A DNA stretch of 64,000 nt from Octopus vulgaris (GCA_951406725.2 OX597830.1:70494001-70558000); one strand, 5' to 3'; positions 11,505 to 28,461 are shown, counted from the first letter of the stretch. Translations and numbers: made by a program. Notes: generated from the letters alone by a model not told the origin.

Positions 11505-13155
11505 TTCCTTTCTACGATAGGCACAAGGCATGAAATTTTGTGGGAGGAGGTAAGGTCACTTTCATTGACCCAAGTTATCAACTGGTACTTATTTTATCGA
11601 CCCCAAAAGGATGAAAGGCAAAGCTGATCCCGGCGGTGTTTGAAATCAGAATGTATAGTCAAAAGAGATGCCACTAAGTGTTTTGTCCGGATTGGCATCG
11701 ATTCTGCCAGCACACCGTCTAATATTGGCATCAAATTTTGGCACAAGGCCAGCAATTTTGGGGGAGAGTATAACTCGATTAGATCAACCCAAGTGCTCCA
11801 CTGATACTTATTCTATCGACCTCGAAAGGATGAAAGGCAAATTCGAACTCGGCGGCATTTGAACTCCGAACATAAAAACGGAAGAAATGTCGCTAAGCAT
11901 TTTGCTCGGCGCGCTAAGGATACTTTTCTACTCTAGGCACAAGGCCCGAAATTTTATGGGGAAGAGGTCAGTCGATTGGATGGACCCTAGTACGCAACTA
12001 ATGCTTAATTTATCGATTCCGAAAGGATGAAAGTCAAAGTTGACCTCGGTGGAATTTGAACTCAGAACGCAATGTCAGACGAAATACCTATTTCTTTACT
12101 ACCCACAAGGAGCTAAACATAGAGTGGACAAACAAGGACAGACAAAGGGACTGAGTCGATTACATCGACCCCAGTGCGTAACTGGTACTTAATTTATCGG
12201 TCCCGAAAGGATGAAAGGCAAAGTCGACTTCGGCGAAATTTGAACTCAGAACGTAAAGATAGACGAAATACCTATTTCTTTACTACCTACAATGGGCTAA
12301 ACACAGAGGGGACAAACAAGAACAGACAAAGGGATTAAGTCGATTACATCGACCCCAGTGCGTAACTGGTACTTAATTTATCGATCCCGAAAGGATGAAA
12401 GGCAAAGTCGACCTCGGCGGAATTTGAACTCAGAACATAAAGACAGACGAAATACCTATTTCTTTACTATCCACAAGGTGCTAAACATAGAGTGGACAAA
12501 CAAGGACAGACAAAGGGCTTAAGTCGATTACATCGACCCCAGTGCGTAACTGGTACTTAATTTATCGATCCCGAAAGGATGAAAGGCAAAGTCGACCTCG
12601 GCGGAATTTGAACTCAGAACATAAAGACAGACGAAATACCTATTTCTTTACTATCCACAAGGTGCTAAACATAGAGTGGACAAACAAGGACAGACAAAGG
12701 GCTTAAGTCGATTACATCGACCCCAGTGCGTAACTGGTACTTAATTTATCGATCCCGAAAGGATGAAAGGCAAAGTCGACCTCGGCGGAATTTGAACTCA
12801 GAACGTAAAGACAGACGAAATACCTATTTCTTTACTACCCACAGAGAAGACAAACAAGAACAGACAAACGGATTAAGTGGATTACATCGACCCCAGTGCG
12901 TAACTGGGACTTAATTTATCGATCCCGAAAGGATGAAAGGCAAAGTCGACCTCGGCGGAATTTGAACTCAGAACGTAAAGACAGACGAAATACCTATTTC
13001 TTTACTACCCACAAGGGGCTAAACACAGAGTGGACAAACAAGGACAGACAAACGGATTAAGTCGATTATATCGACTTAATCAGAACGTAGCGGCAGACGA
13101 AACACTGCTAAGCATTTCGCTCGGCGTGCTAATGTTTTTGCCAACTCGCCGCCTT
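11505..13155 (-). mobile_element. Cluster and tandem array of SINE group B (184-bp period from 12087)
   Basis: Unit boundaries (cctatttc) at 12087, 12271, 12455, 12639, 12823 and 12993. Single head at about 13080-13155; older variant copies at 11505-12086. Confidence 0.93.
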
Positions 13156-13646
13156 CTTCGCCGTGTATAATGTTATTTTTTTAAAAAAATGAATGACAAA
13201 AATAAACAAGTAAATAATCAAGTAAATAAATAAATAAATAAATTACCATTATATCGACACTCTCAGTTGAGCTATGATTTCCGACTCTCTAATTTACACA
13301 CTGTGTGTGCTTTTCTCGTATGTGTACTTAAACACCCAAAATTTACCACGGTGAGATTTGGATTCAGGACGTAAAAGTATGAGAAGAAATAACGCAAGAG
13401 GCATGCTTGCAGGGCAGGTTTGATATGCATAACACTACCCACAGGTATTTCCTCTCCGCCACATTGTTGATATGAATAATCGTGTCACGGGTATTCCCCT
13501 CTATCTTTATATATATATATATTCAATCTTACCTCATCTTACATCAGTAATTTGTTCCAAGATATGCGATTTAAACCCCATCTCCCACCCCATAAAAACG
13601 ACGTAACATGAAAAAAAAAAATTTTTTTTTAAATTTATTAACTATA

Positions 13647-13809
13647 GGTGCAGGCGTGGCTGTTGTGATAAGTAGTTTGCTTTCCAGCCACAGGGTTATG
13701 GGTTCAGTCCCACTGCGTGGCACCATGGGCAAGTGTCTTCTACTGTAGCCTCGGACCAACCGAAGCCTTGTGAGTGTATTTGATAGACGGGTACTGAAAG
13801 AAGCACGCT

Positions 13810-13848
<39 letters not shown>

Positions 13849-13866
13849 CACACACACACACATATA

Positions 13867-13901
<35 letters not shown>

Positions 13902-14130
13902 GTGTGTGTGTGTGTGCTGTGTTTATCCCCCACCACTGCTGGACAGGAAGTGTTGCGGTGTTTACGTCCCCGTAACTTAGCGGTTCAGCATAAGGGACCA
14001 ATAGAATAAGCACCAGACTTTGCACAATGATAACAAGTACCGAGTTCGATTCTTTCGGCTAAAATTCTTAAAGGTGGTGCCCCAGTATGGCCACAGTCTA
14101 ATGACTGAAACAAGTAAAAGATGAAAGAAA
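13647..14130 (+). mobile_element. Full-length SINE group C
   Basis: Same modular sequence as 10639-11033. Confidence 0.9.
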
Positions 14131-14346
14131 GATAATTGGTATATGTTTTAATAAATGTTTTGTACATATCTTCGCTTGTATTTTATTTGATTTTCTTCTT
14201 CAGTTTTGGTTTTCACATTTTTTAAAAAATAGTTTCTATTCTTTAAAAGATGTTTGCTGAGACCGACCTAAAAGGAAAGGAAAATCGACGTAAAGCCGAA
14301 AAAAGGCATAACTCGAAACGATTTAAGTTGAGCTATTCCTGTACAC

Positions 14347-14795
14347 TGATCACATTTCGATATTGGTCTCAAATTTTGGCACAAGGGCAGCGATTTCGGT
14401 GAGGTGTTAAGTCGATTACATCAACCCCAACGCTCAACTGGTACTTATTTTATTGACTCGAAAGGATGAAAGGCAAAAATGACCTCGGCGGTATTTGAAC
14501 TCAGAATGCAAAGACGGACGAAATGTTGGTGCGGTAACGATTCTGCTTGATCGCTGGATTATGATCACATTTTAATATTGGTCTCAAATTTTGGCACAAG
14601 GGCAGCGATTTCGAGGAGGTGTTAAGTCGATTACATCAACCCCAGCGCTCAACTGGTCCTTATTTTATTGACTCGAAAGGATGAAAGGCAAAAAGGACCT
14701 CGGCGGTATTTGAACTCAGAATGCAAAGATGGACGAAATGTTGGTGCGGTAACGATTCTACTTGATCGCTGGATTATGATCACATTTTAATATTG
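14347..14795 (-). repeat. About 214-bp tandem duplication of a SINE group B variant
   Basis: tgatcacattt...atattggtctcaaattttggcacaagggcagcg occurs at about 14347 and 14561, with a third partial start at about 14778. Confidence 0.9.
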
Positions 14796-14814
14796 CCAAC
14801 TTAATAGAATACAC

Positions 14815-14860
14815 ATCGCTGACGAGTTATAATAAGACCGAAACACGGCCGTTACCAGAT
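14815..14860 (+). ncRNA. Degenerate hammerhead-like motif
   Basis: atcg-CTGACGA-gttataataagacc-GAAA-cacggccgt-TA-ccagat. Core intact and palindromic acggccgt present, but stems I and II are imperfect. Confidence 0.35.
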
Positions 14861-15362
14861 CAACCTTCTAACTGCATTTTCTTTATTTTCCAAAATTGCG
14901 ATTAGCTACTCTGATTGGATTATCTCTTCCGCAACTTAATTTTTAGTGTCTAAATTCTCCTGAAGGAGATTTCTCAAACAATGGCTACAATAGCCTTAGT
15001 TAATCAAATTTTTCTTCAAATTTTACATTATAAGCATGGTGAATTGGGCAGAATTGTTGCCGCGTGCGGCATATCGCACGCTTGCATCATTGGTTTCTGA
15101 TCTTCGAGACAAATTCCACCAAGATGAACTTTGTCTTTCATTCTTTCGGAGTCGATAAATAAAGTTTTCGTGCAGAAGTGAGGTAGATTCTGCTTATACA
15201 CACACACACATCTTCTTCCTCTCTCTCTGTCTTTGTCTCTCTCTCTTTGTCTCTCTCTCTCTCTCTCTCTCTCTCGCCTTCTGCTTCCTTCGACCATTCC
15301 TTCCCCCTCTCTTTCCCTAGCTTTCTTCCTATTCTGATTCTCTCTTTTCCAGAAGAGATCGG

Positions 15363-15396
<34 letters not shown>

Positions 15397-15852
15397 GCTT
15401 CTCTTGGTTTAAAAGGCCTGATACAGCCGCTCATTATGTCGTCTCTGCTACTTCATCAGTCTACAATTGAGTGCCCTAAGAAAGAAGGCAGGCAGAAAGG
15501 AAAGCAGGAAGGATGTGATATATGTAAGACAGAGTCATACTTGTAGGTAAAAGAATTAGCTGTCTTTGGCTGCTATTTCTAAATTTTCGGTATGTGGTGA
15601 AGAAACTTGTTAAACTCCTAATTATATTTATAATTATATATAAAAAAAACTTTTTGTATGTTTTTACCGATAATGGTATTTTTCCATACCGAAGCTACTT
15701 CGTAAAATTTATTAATTATTAAATTAATAATTCTTTACCCTATATCTGTAATGTATGGATGCAGTATAGATAGATGAAGCACTGTAAAAGGACTCAAACC
15801 ACCATGTTAACGTACAATCCAGTCCTCTTGACCAAATTAATAGAAAAAAAAA

Positions 15853-16160
15853 GCCCCGAAGTTATTCATTCCGCCATCTTCTTTTTTATTCATTTACTCT
15901 TTTACTTGTTTCAGTCATGTGACTGTGATCATGCTGGAGCGCCGCCTTCAGTCGAGCAAATAGACCCCAGGATTTATTCTTTGTAAGCCTAGTACTTATT
16001 CTATAGAGATGTTTTGTCGAACCGCTAAGTTACGGGGACGTAAACACACCAGCATTGGTTGTCAAGTGATGTTGTGGGGATAACCACACTAACACATACA
16101 CATAATACATACATGCATACATACATACATGCATACATACATACATGCATACATACATAT

Positions 16161-16206
<46 letters not shown>

Positions 16207-16355
16207 ACACACACAGACACATATATATATACATATATACGACGGGCTTCTTTCAGTTTCCGTCTACCAAATCCACTCACAAGCCTTTGGTGCCACGCAG
16301 TGTGACTGAACCATGTGGTTGGTAAGCAAGCTACTTACCACACAGCAACTCCTGC
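15853..16355 (-). mobile_element. Full-length SINE group C with extra 3' extension
   Basis: Group C modules plus a tail shared with 41821-41847. Confidence 0.9.
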
Positions 16356-16907
16356 TCTCCGTCAATCAAAATCGCTTAATATAGCATTGGTCAATCTGTG
16401 GCTATTGTAGAAAACATTTGCCCGAGGTGTATCGCAGGATAGTGGAATAAATTCTTTAAAATATTTTGTCTCACATTTAATCGTTTCTGCATCTGATTCT
16501 AGTCGTAGCCAGAATGTTTTTGTCTTTTAAATCTGAAATACCATAAGCTATAAAACATTCATCTCTTAGCAATGTGTTCGCTTAACTGTCTTGCGAAAGT
16601 AAATTGTATGATTTGAATGTGAAGATAATGACACCATCTCAGACAGAGATGAAGAATAGGAGATCTGGGAAGAAATTATAAGAGAATAAAAATGACAAGG
16701 TGACATTTTCTCATCACTGTTATATAATGTAAGACAAACTCCTTTAAATATCCTGCTAAAATATTTAAAATGAAATAGAAAGGCCCTCGTCGTGCAATCT
16801 GTTGCATGGCTTTATTTCGATAATATGAGACTCTGCAGAGAGATGTCTAGAACTTACAAACAAATGGTCCTTTCAGTTTATTTTCTTCCTTTATTTTATC
16901 CGTTTTG

Positions 16908-17160
16908 TGGAGGCGCGTGGCTTAGTGGTTAGGGTTTCAGCATCATGATCGTAAGATTGTGTTTTCGTTTCCTGGACCGGGCAACGTGTTGTGTTCTTGA
17001 GCAAAACATTTCATTTCACGTTGTTCGAGTCCACTCAGCTGGCAAAAATGAGTAACGCTGCGATGGACTGGCGTCCCGTCCAGCTGGGGAACACATACGC
17101 CATAGAAACCAGGAAACTGGGCCCATGAGTCTCGTCAGGCTTTAAAAGGGCGCATTTATT
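16908..17160 (+). mobile_element. SINE group D (head 2 + tail Y)
   Basis: ggaggcgcgtggcttagtggttaggg tRNA-like head, CORE-like ttcttgagcaaaaca, tail ctgcgatggactggcgtcccgtccag, ends in (ATTT)n. Confidence 0.85.
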
Positions 17161-17310
17161 TATTTATTTTTAACTCATTTTATCCATTTAAAAGTGACAA
17201 AGTAATACATGGATGGAAGATAAACTACTAGATAAATCTTGTTCAAAAATATTATGAAGAATGTTATAGAATTATAAATTAATATTTGAAAAGTAGAGAG
17301 TAAGTTAGAC

Positions 17311-17365
17311 GAGGCGTTGAGACCTGATGAAACAAGATCTTGACTGAAACTGAGTTTCAATGCTC
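17311..17365 (+). ncRNA. Degenerate hammerhead-like motif
   Basis: ggcgttgagac-CTGATGA-aacaagatcttgact-GAAA-ctga-gtttcaatgc. Long stem I and palindromic stem II, but the stem III/cleavage triplet is not canonical. Confidence 0.3.
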
Positions 17366-17369
17366 TCTC

Positions 17370-17752
17370 TTTTCTTTTTTACTCTTTTACTTGTTTCAGT
17401 CATTTGACTGCGGCCATGCTGGAGCACCGCCTTTAGTCGAGCAACTCGACTCCAGGACTTATTCTTTGTAAGCCCAGTACTTATTCTATCAGTCTCTTTC
17501 GCCGAACCGCTAAGTGACGGGGACATAAACACACCAGCATCGGTTGTCAAGCAATGCTAGGGGGACAAACACAGACACACACACATGCACACACACATAC
17601 AAACATACACACACATATATATATATATACATATATATATACGTATATACGACGGGCTTCTTTCAGTTTCCGTCTACCAAATCCACTCACAAGGCTTTGG
17701 TCGGCCCGAGGCTATAGTAGAAGACACTTGCCCAAGATGCCACGCAGTGGGA
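17370..17752 (-). mobile_element. SINE group C, 5'-truncated
   Basis: Group C 3' module, internal microsatellite and CORE-like segment. Confidence 0.9.
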
Positions 17753-17904
17753 TATAAAAATATGTATGTGGATATAAAACTATGTAGGCACCGACGTACA
17801 CGTATAGATATGCATACGGGCATACAGCCACACGTATGTAAACTGATATACATATATATGTATGTGTGTAGTATGGATAAATGTATGTACACACACACAC
17901 ACTC

Positions 17905-17966
<62 letters not shown>

Positions 17967-19504
17967 GCTCTCGAACCACTCACCTGAAGACATGCAGGCA
18001 CATACATATTGAGGATCTTATTAATGCAAAAATATGTATAATATGTGAAATATGCAAAAATCACCTGCTGATACGAAAGCACACACAAAAAAAATTGTAG
18101 CCAGTTCAATCCATCTTGTATTATAATCTTTTTGCATGAATTCTGCAGATATTAACAAATTTCTACATGTATGACCAATAAAAGGAGGATTTCTGCTGTA
18201 TGGCACCATATGGAGGAGTTTTGCGAAGCACGCTGTAAGATACGACCGATTCCTTTAAGTTTTTGTCTACCAAATCCATTCACAATACATTGGTCGGCTC
18301 AGGTTTATAGTTGATGACGCACAGGGACTTATCTGGAACCATACACCTGAGAAGAAAACTTCTTACCAGACAGCAATCATCCAGTACGCGATGATTTTTC
18401 AAGGAACAAAAATAGACAAACAACTACACAAGGAGCACTGTCTCAAAGCGAAGATCGAATCATTCAGTATTCTCGAAGACCACTGTGAGTAACTTCTCTA
18501 CAAATACGATTGTACTCAGTATGAGGTGCATAAATGAATATGGTATATATGTATATATATGATATATATGCATATATGTGTGGTGGGGAAAGATTGGAAC
18601 CAATGTGACTTGCTCAACGATCCCTGCTCACTAATCATATATATGGTTGGCAAAAGCGAAAGTAGCATCCCCGGACTCCCATGCACTCAATCACCAGATA
18701 TATTAATGTCGTGGTCTGTCGGGAATTGGATAGTGGAGTGGAATTGTTATTCCAGAAATCCTTGGAACTCGAGGTACAAGCTGTCTTCCAGACCCAGACG
18801 GTGATACTGTCGCTCTAGATGTGAACGGCAAGACGTCACATCTTCAGACGTCTATAAGGCATATTAGGGATGTTCCGATTTCCCATACAAAGGAGGGACA
18901 GGAATTGCATTTGGAATTAACATGGAGTAATTACTACTTCCCCCCCCCTTTCTTCATTTAGCAAGAGTGTTTTTTTTTTTTTTTGTTTTCAGTATTATTG
19001 TTTTCAGATATTAGGAATCAGGGGCGTAAACCGTTTTCATATAAGCAAACTCGGAACTTTATGAGCCAACGAACACACTACCATGTAGTAACAGCTTTCT
19101 CCGTCCGAAATAACAACCAAATTTACTTCATGTCACGTTCTGCGGTCTCAAATAAAGAAATTACACTGAAAAATCTCGTCGGAATGGTCACGACTGGAAC
19201 GTCCATAATCATAGATCTGCTCGAAAAAGTGGACGTTGAGCTAAAATCACAACAATACCAGGAATGATCAGACAGACGATCAGTTTAGCTGATCAGATGA
19301 TCGATATGTGTGTATGTGTGAGTGTGTAGGGAGTTTTCTTCAACTGACGTATTGTAGTAGGTATGTACTGCCTATCAGAGGCAGCTAGAAGTGGTGTCTC
19401 CTTGAGCGGATAGATATAAATTAAAATAAAAACGAAAATACAAAACATTTGGCGTCGTTAGCAAAAGACATTTGATTTAGATAGAGAATATAAACGTATA
19501 GAGT

Positions 19505-19592
19505 ATTTTACAACTGTTTCTAGAATAGCCTATTATATATATCATGATGTTGAGTAAGGATTCCATAGGTTGAATACTCTATCATCAGAGAG
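19505..19592 (-). ncRNA. Type I hammerhead motif with decayed stem I
   Basis: Minus strand: ctct-CTGATGA-tagagta...tattcta-GAAA-cagttg-TA-aaat. 7-bp stem II base and near-palindromic stem III. Confidence 0.55.
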
Positions 19593-19858
19593 GGTCAAGC
19601 TTGAGGGATGTAAAAATGAAGAAGTAACGGCGGCTGAGGATGTTAGTATATTCTAGTTTATCAAAAATGAGGGAAGGATCAGAATAAGTTAGGTTGGTGT
19701 TATGCAGTTCCATGATCAGATAACTAAATAACTTATGTAGTTATAGGTAAGGTCCATTAACAGTTTTTCCAAATACGACGAACCCTGCGATTCACATACG
19801 TCAAAAATACGGAGTAGCCAGTACCAATTTTGAATATACATATAATCCAGTTCTAAAT

Positions 19859-19889
<31 letters not shown>

Positions 19890-19933
19890 CATATATTTAC
19901 AAACACACACATACAGACACGCGCGTACATATG

Positions 19934-19996
<63 letters not shown>

Positions 19997-20508
19997 AAAA
20001 TGGTAAATAATTTTTCAGTGGTTTTTCATATAACCAACAATTATTTACCGGCAAAATTCGTATGTAAATATGACAAATTATCGTCAGGAACTTCTGGAAA
20101 GTTCAGTATATAGTGAAAATAATTAAAGGGCGGCAGCAGGCTGCCTCGCCGCATACCGGAAATTAGAAATGGCAGTCAAAGACTGTTTTTCCATTTTCTA
20201 TAAGTGGATTTTCCAAATACGACGAACCCTGCGATTCACATACGCAAAAAACGGAGTAGCAAATAAACGAAACCAATCTCTACCGTTAATGATGAACATG
20301 TTTCTAGATCACAAGCACGAAAATAGCTTGATTTCCTTTATCAACACCATATTCGATAGATTTAGCAATGACAGGCCCTCACTTCTGACCAAGCGACATC
20401 AGATAGTGGGGGAGGTGTGCATATGTTAAAACTAAGTAATGACTGAGAACGTAAATTTTCCAAAAAAATTCTGCCGTGTGATATATATATATAATATATA
20501 TATATATA

Positions 20509-20690
20509 AGGCGAGCTGGCGGAATCGTTAGCGCGCCGGTTCAAATTCCGCCGAGGTCGACTTTGCCTTTCATCCTTTCGGGGTCGATAAATAAAGTACC
20601 AGTTTCGCACTGGGGTCGATGTAATCGACAATCCATTTGTCTGTCCTTGTTTGTCCCCTCTGTGTTTAGCCCTTGTGGGTAATAAAGAAA
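20509..20690 (+). mobile_element. SINE group B with internal deletion
   Basis: The head (..gttagcgcgccg) is joined directly to gttcaaattccgccgagg. Confidence 0.88.
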
Positions 20691-20843
20691 CATATATATA
20701 TATATATATATGCATACATGTGTGCATGCGCGTGTGCAATATGCGTGTGTATTAAAATATGAATGAATAGATCCATCCTTAACGGTAGTTGCTATAGTAA
20801 TAGTAGTAGTTATAGTTGTAGTAATAGTAGTAGTAGCAGCAGC

Positions 20844-21033
<190 letters not shown>

Positions 21034-21339
21034 TAGTAGCAGCAGTAGTTGCTGTTGTTTTTGTTGCTGTTTGACTCCTAAACCAACCGCTGACCGAGCA
21101 AATGAAAGCGTTCCAGTTATGGTCATCACCTCACGTGGAGCCTAGAAAAATACATTACCTAACGTGTCTTATCTTTTTTTTTTTTTTTTTAGTTTTCGTG
21201 GAGAATAGATAGGAAGGCTGTTGTGAGTGATCTAACGAAAAAATTTTGGCTGTTATTTCTTGCAGGTCGAACGCCTATATAAAGTAAAGTGGGAGTGGGT
21301 GAAAATGTGAAGTGTATGTATATCACCACGCAATATCTG

Positions 21340-24545
<3,206 letters not shown>

Positions 24546-24552
24546 TATAACT

Positions 24553-24888
24553 GAAGGCGCATGGCTTAGTGGTTAGGGTTTTTGACGCACGACCTTACGG
24601 TCGTGAGTTCGTTTCCCGACGCCACGTTGTGTCTCTTCAGCAAGATAGTTTATTTTAGGTTGCTCCAGTCCACTCAACTGGCAAAATGAGTTGCATCTGT
24701 AATTGAGAGGGCCAACCTTGTAACATTCTCTGTCACGGCTGAATCTCCCTGAGAACTACGTTAACGGTACGCGTACCTGTGAAGTGCACAGCCATTTTCA
24801 CGTTAATTTCACGAGCTGGCTCGCTGGCTCTTCCGTTGATCGGGTTAACTGACTGGAACATACGTTGTCGTAACCGACGGAATGCCAG
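24553..24888 (+). mobile_element. SINE group D (head 2 + tail X)
   Basis: gaaggcgcatggcttagtggttaggg head; tail gagaactacgttaa...cgtaaccgacggaatgcc. Confidence 0.8.
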
Positions 24889-24987
24889 TCTTTTCTGAAC
24901 ACATATCCTGAGTTCTATTTCTATTACAATGCTCCATGCTTAACTGACTTGTGTGTCACAGTTAAACGATATAATACTCAGTTATAA

Positions 24988-25165
24988 GGCGGCGAGCTGG
25001 CAGAAACGTTAGCACGCCGGGCGAAATGCTTTGCGGTATTTCGTCCGCCACTGCGTTCTGAGTTCAAATTCCGCCGAGGTCTCTTTGCCTTTCATCCTTT
25101 CGGGGTCGATTAAATAAGTACCAGTTATGCACTGGGGTCGATGTAATCGACTTAATTCGTTTGTG
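24988..25165 (+). mobile_element. SINE group B, 3'-truncated
   Basis: Head ggcggcgagctggcagaaacgttagcacgccggg plus central domain. Confidence 0.9.
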
Positions 25166-25669
25166 GATCTTTTCGGTTTGAACGGCAGTCTTTTCTAGCG
25201 GTGTCATATGAAAATGTCACCCATAATTATGACCCTAGTATCGATCTATTGCATTTCTATCTGTTTTAGAATATGTTGCTTTAAAATGTAGAAATATTAA
25301 CTTCATTGTTACAACAATTAACTTTACTCTGTGTCAAAAGAAGGAATTGTCTTTCAATTTAATCATTTTTATAAAAATGAAAACACGCTTTTATATCTGT
25401 TTTTCATAAAACATTCTTTAGTTCAACTGTCATTTCTTATTGGTAGTTTCTTTGTAAATCACTTGATTTAGATTTCAAATCCTGTATCTCACAGAAAATA
25501 TTTTAATTATTATAATTCCTAATTATATCTGTTTCAATGATGCAAATAATAAAGAGAGTAAAATATATTTATAAATGGGATAAAACCGTTTATCTAATAC
25601 ACACACATACACAACGCTGATACACACGCATGCACACAATTCTAATCTACTGACATACAGCATACTAAT

Positions 25670-25885
25670 ATTGATTTCAAATTTTGGCGCAAGACCAGCC
25701 AGTTCGTGGGAGGGAACAAGTCGATTACATCAACCCAGTGTTCAACTGGTACTTATTTCATCGACCTCGAAAGGGATGAAGGCAAAGTCGACTTCGGCGG
25801 AATTTGAACTCAGAACATGAAGACGGATGAAATGCCGCAAAGTATTTTGCTCGGTGTGCTAACGATTCTGCCAGCTCGCTGCCCT
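25670..25885 (-). mobile_element. SINE group B variant
   Basis: Group B central domain with variant tail (..gcgccaaaatttgaaa). Confidence 0.8.
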
Positions 25886-26635
25886 ACACTAATCTTTACA
25901 CTTAGACATTATCATAATAGGCAGGTATTTGATGGCAGTTGCTTTGTGTCCAACGGTCACGCGAAAGAACGCATATCCTCAAAAAGCTATATAAACCGAC
26001 CCTTGACGCTGCTGGTCTTTTCTTACAACCTGCGCTTTGTAGTTTTAAAGTGCGAGTCGGTCCACGCAATTTGAATCCATCCTTTAAATTCAGATGCCTG
26101 ACCACAGCGTCTCAGGGAGCCGAGACGGCTGCGTGACCAACAGACTGTAGGTGTCACAGTGGAGTTCTCTAAGTGAATTGCCTTACAGAGATGGAGAACT
26201 TCTAATCTGGTGCTGCCCTATCCCATTCCGAGGACTCCACTCCTTGATTTGCTATCGAAATTGACCCGATCCCTTAGTCTTTTCCTTTCTCAAGGCACTT
26301 GCAAGACAGTGCGGGTTTATACTTAGAGTCTCTTCTATAACATGCTAACCAACCAATAGCTGGGACCTTAAGAGGTGCTGCTACTTCGGGTCAGAGTAGA
26401 ACTGGGAACGATAGTGGCTAAGAGATGGTTCCACACTTCTCAAAACCCTAAAACTCTGGAAGCAAGGCCCAACTACCGGATGCAGTTTAAAGTTATACCC
26501 AGGATATAGACAGGCATATATATTACACTAATACACCTACATATACACACATACATTGGCAACACAAATGCATATACATTCACTCAAGATGACTAAGCAC
26601 ACATATGGTTAATCCACATTACTCCGTAAGGAGAA

Positions 26636-26850
26636 TGGGACCGGTTTTCCGGTTTCTCTGGCATATGTATATTCCACCCCGGATGGGACACCAGTCCGTC
26701 ACAGGATTACTCATTTTTACCAGCTGACTGGAGCAACATGAAATTAAGTGTTTTGCTCAAGAATACAATGCGTCGCCCGGTCCAGGAATCGAAGCCAAAG
26801 TCTTACGATCATGAGTCCAACTCCTTCACTGCTAAGCCATGCTCCTCCAC
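26636..26850 (-). mobile_element. SINE group D (head 2 + tail Y)
   Basis: Reverse complement matches 16908-17130. Confidence 0.8.
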
Positions 26851-27734
26851 AAGCATACACAACACTAATACATCCTTATACACAGTATTAATGCTTACAC
26901 ATACAGAGCACTTATGTATATGACTACATGCGCATACACAGCATTTATATGCTCGCACACACACACACACACACACATACACACACATGCGACATCGCTA
27001 ATAAATGTGGACATATAACAATCTGTATACACATACGCAATACTTAACCACATACACACGTATATACGCAAAATAAAGATCTTTACCCTCTAGAAACAGC
27101 AGTTAAATCTCGCTCAATTCTCATTTTGCCTTTGGAAAAAAGGTAAGACAAAGGTAATCCAGGGAATAATGTATTCCTAGATGTACTGTGCCTCAACAGG
27201 AAGAAAAACAAACCCTGAATGAAATGAGACGGTCACGAGTGAAATGCCTTTGATAATACCTTAGGTCAGCTCAGTTTTGACTTGGAGAAATACACGCATT
27301 CACTTAGAAAGATTTATAAATAGGATCATATACAAATGCACGAACAGAAACAGTAAATCACACACACACACAAACACACACACACACACACACACACACC
27401 ACACATAGCCACCACACAAATACACATCACACACACACACCACACACACACACACAGACAGACACACACACACACACCACGCACACACACACAGACACAC
27501 GCACACACACATATCACACACACACCACACACACCACACACAAACACACACACACCATCACCACACACACACACACACACACAACACACACACAAACACA
27601 TATATAAATTTGGATTGATCGTCGTCTGTTCCAAGGAGGAGGATTAAATTGTTCGATCAGTTGAACTACCTGCTCATTGAATTAGCTTGTAATTGGCTGA
27701 GTATTCCAAAGACCCATGAACAACAACAACAACA

Positions 27735-28050
27735 ACATCATAAGCGGAAAGTGTAACCTCTCGAAAGAGCTGTTCTTCACTCCTGCTCCAGAGCGTCGGC
27801 TGCGGGATCACTCCGAAAAGCTCTATTTGCAACGATTTCATCTCAATCGAAGGAGAGGGGCTTTCTCCGTCCGGATCCGTGGAATAAACTGCCGGACGAG
27901 ATAGTGAAGATGCCGACGACCGCTCGGTTCAAAGTCTCTCTTGACCAGAATTGGCTTGAACTCTTTGCATGAACACCCTCCCTGTACATAACTCCATGTC
28001 CCCCTACATGGCCTTGCTTTTTACTTTTTGAGCCAAAAAAGTTAACTTAA
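27735..28050 (+). mobile_element. CR1-clade LINE 3' end (ORF2 C-terminus and 3' UTR)
   Basis: FFTPAPERRLRDHSEKLYLQRFHLNRRRGAFSVR-(frameshift)-PWNKLPDEIVKMPTTARFKVSLD matches the CR1 pattern RGHxxKL...FSxRV..WNxLP..V......FK..LD. Confidence 0.8.
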
Positions 28051-28407
28051 AGGCTGTACGCTATGAATTACAGTTACAGTAAAATCAAGGGTCTTCTACA
28101 CAGTTTCCGCATCCCCTATTTTAACCGCAAGTTATGGGTTTATACGAAGCAATAAAAAAAATTACATTTGATCAACATGGCACGCAGTCGGATCAAACAT
28201 AGGACATCGTGGTTGTGAAGTGCATTTCTCTATCATTCAATCATGCTGCTCCTATACAGTGAAACATGTCCAGGATCAAAGCTGTAGATGTTTCCTTTTG
28301 TCTCTCAAACACACACTCATACACGCGCGCATACATGATATTCAATGCTCACACACCCCACAAAGACACAAGGTTTCTCACTCTCTCTCTCTCTCTCTTT
28401 CTCTCTC

Positions 28408-28461
<54 letters not shown>

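Noticed and set aside
12087-13080. Regular array resembling CRISPR
   Set aside because: Whole 184-bp units repeat with no unique spacers; it is a eukaryotic SINE concatemer with no cas genes.
18620-18930. Complex GC-richer block
   Set aside because: No convincing reading frame or recognisable motif; left unassigned.
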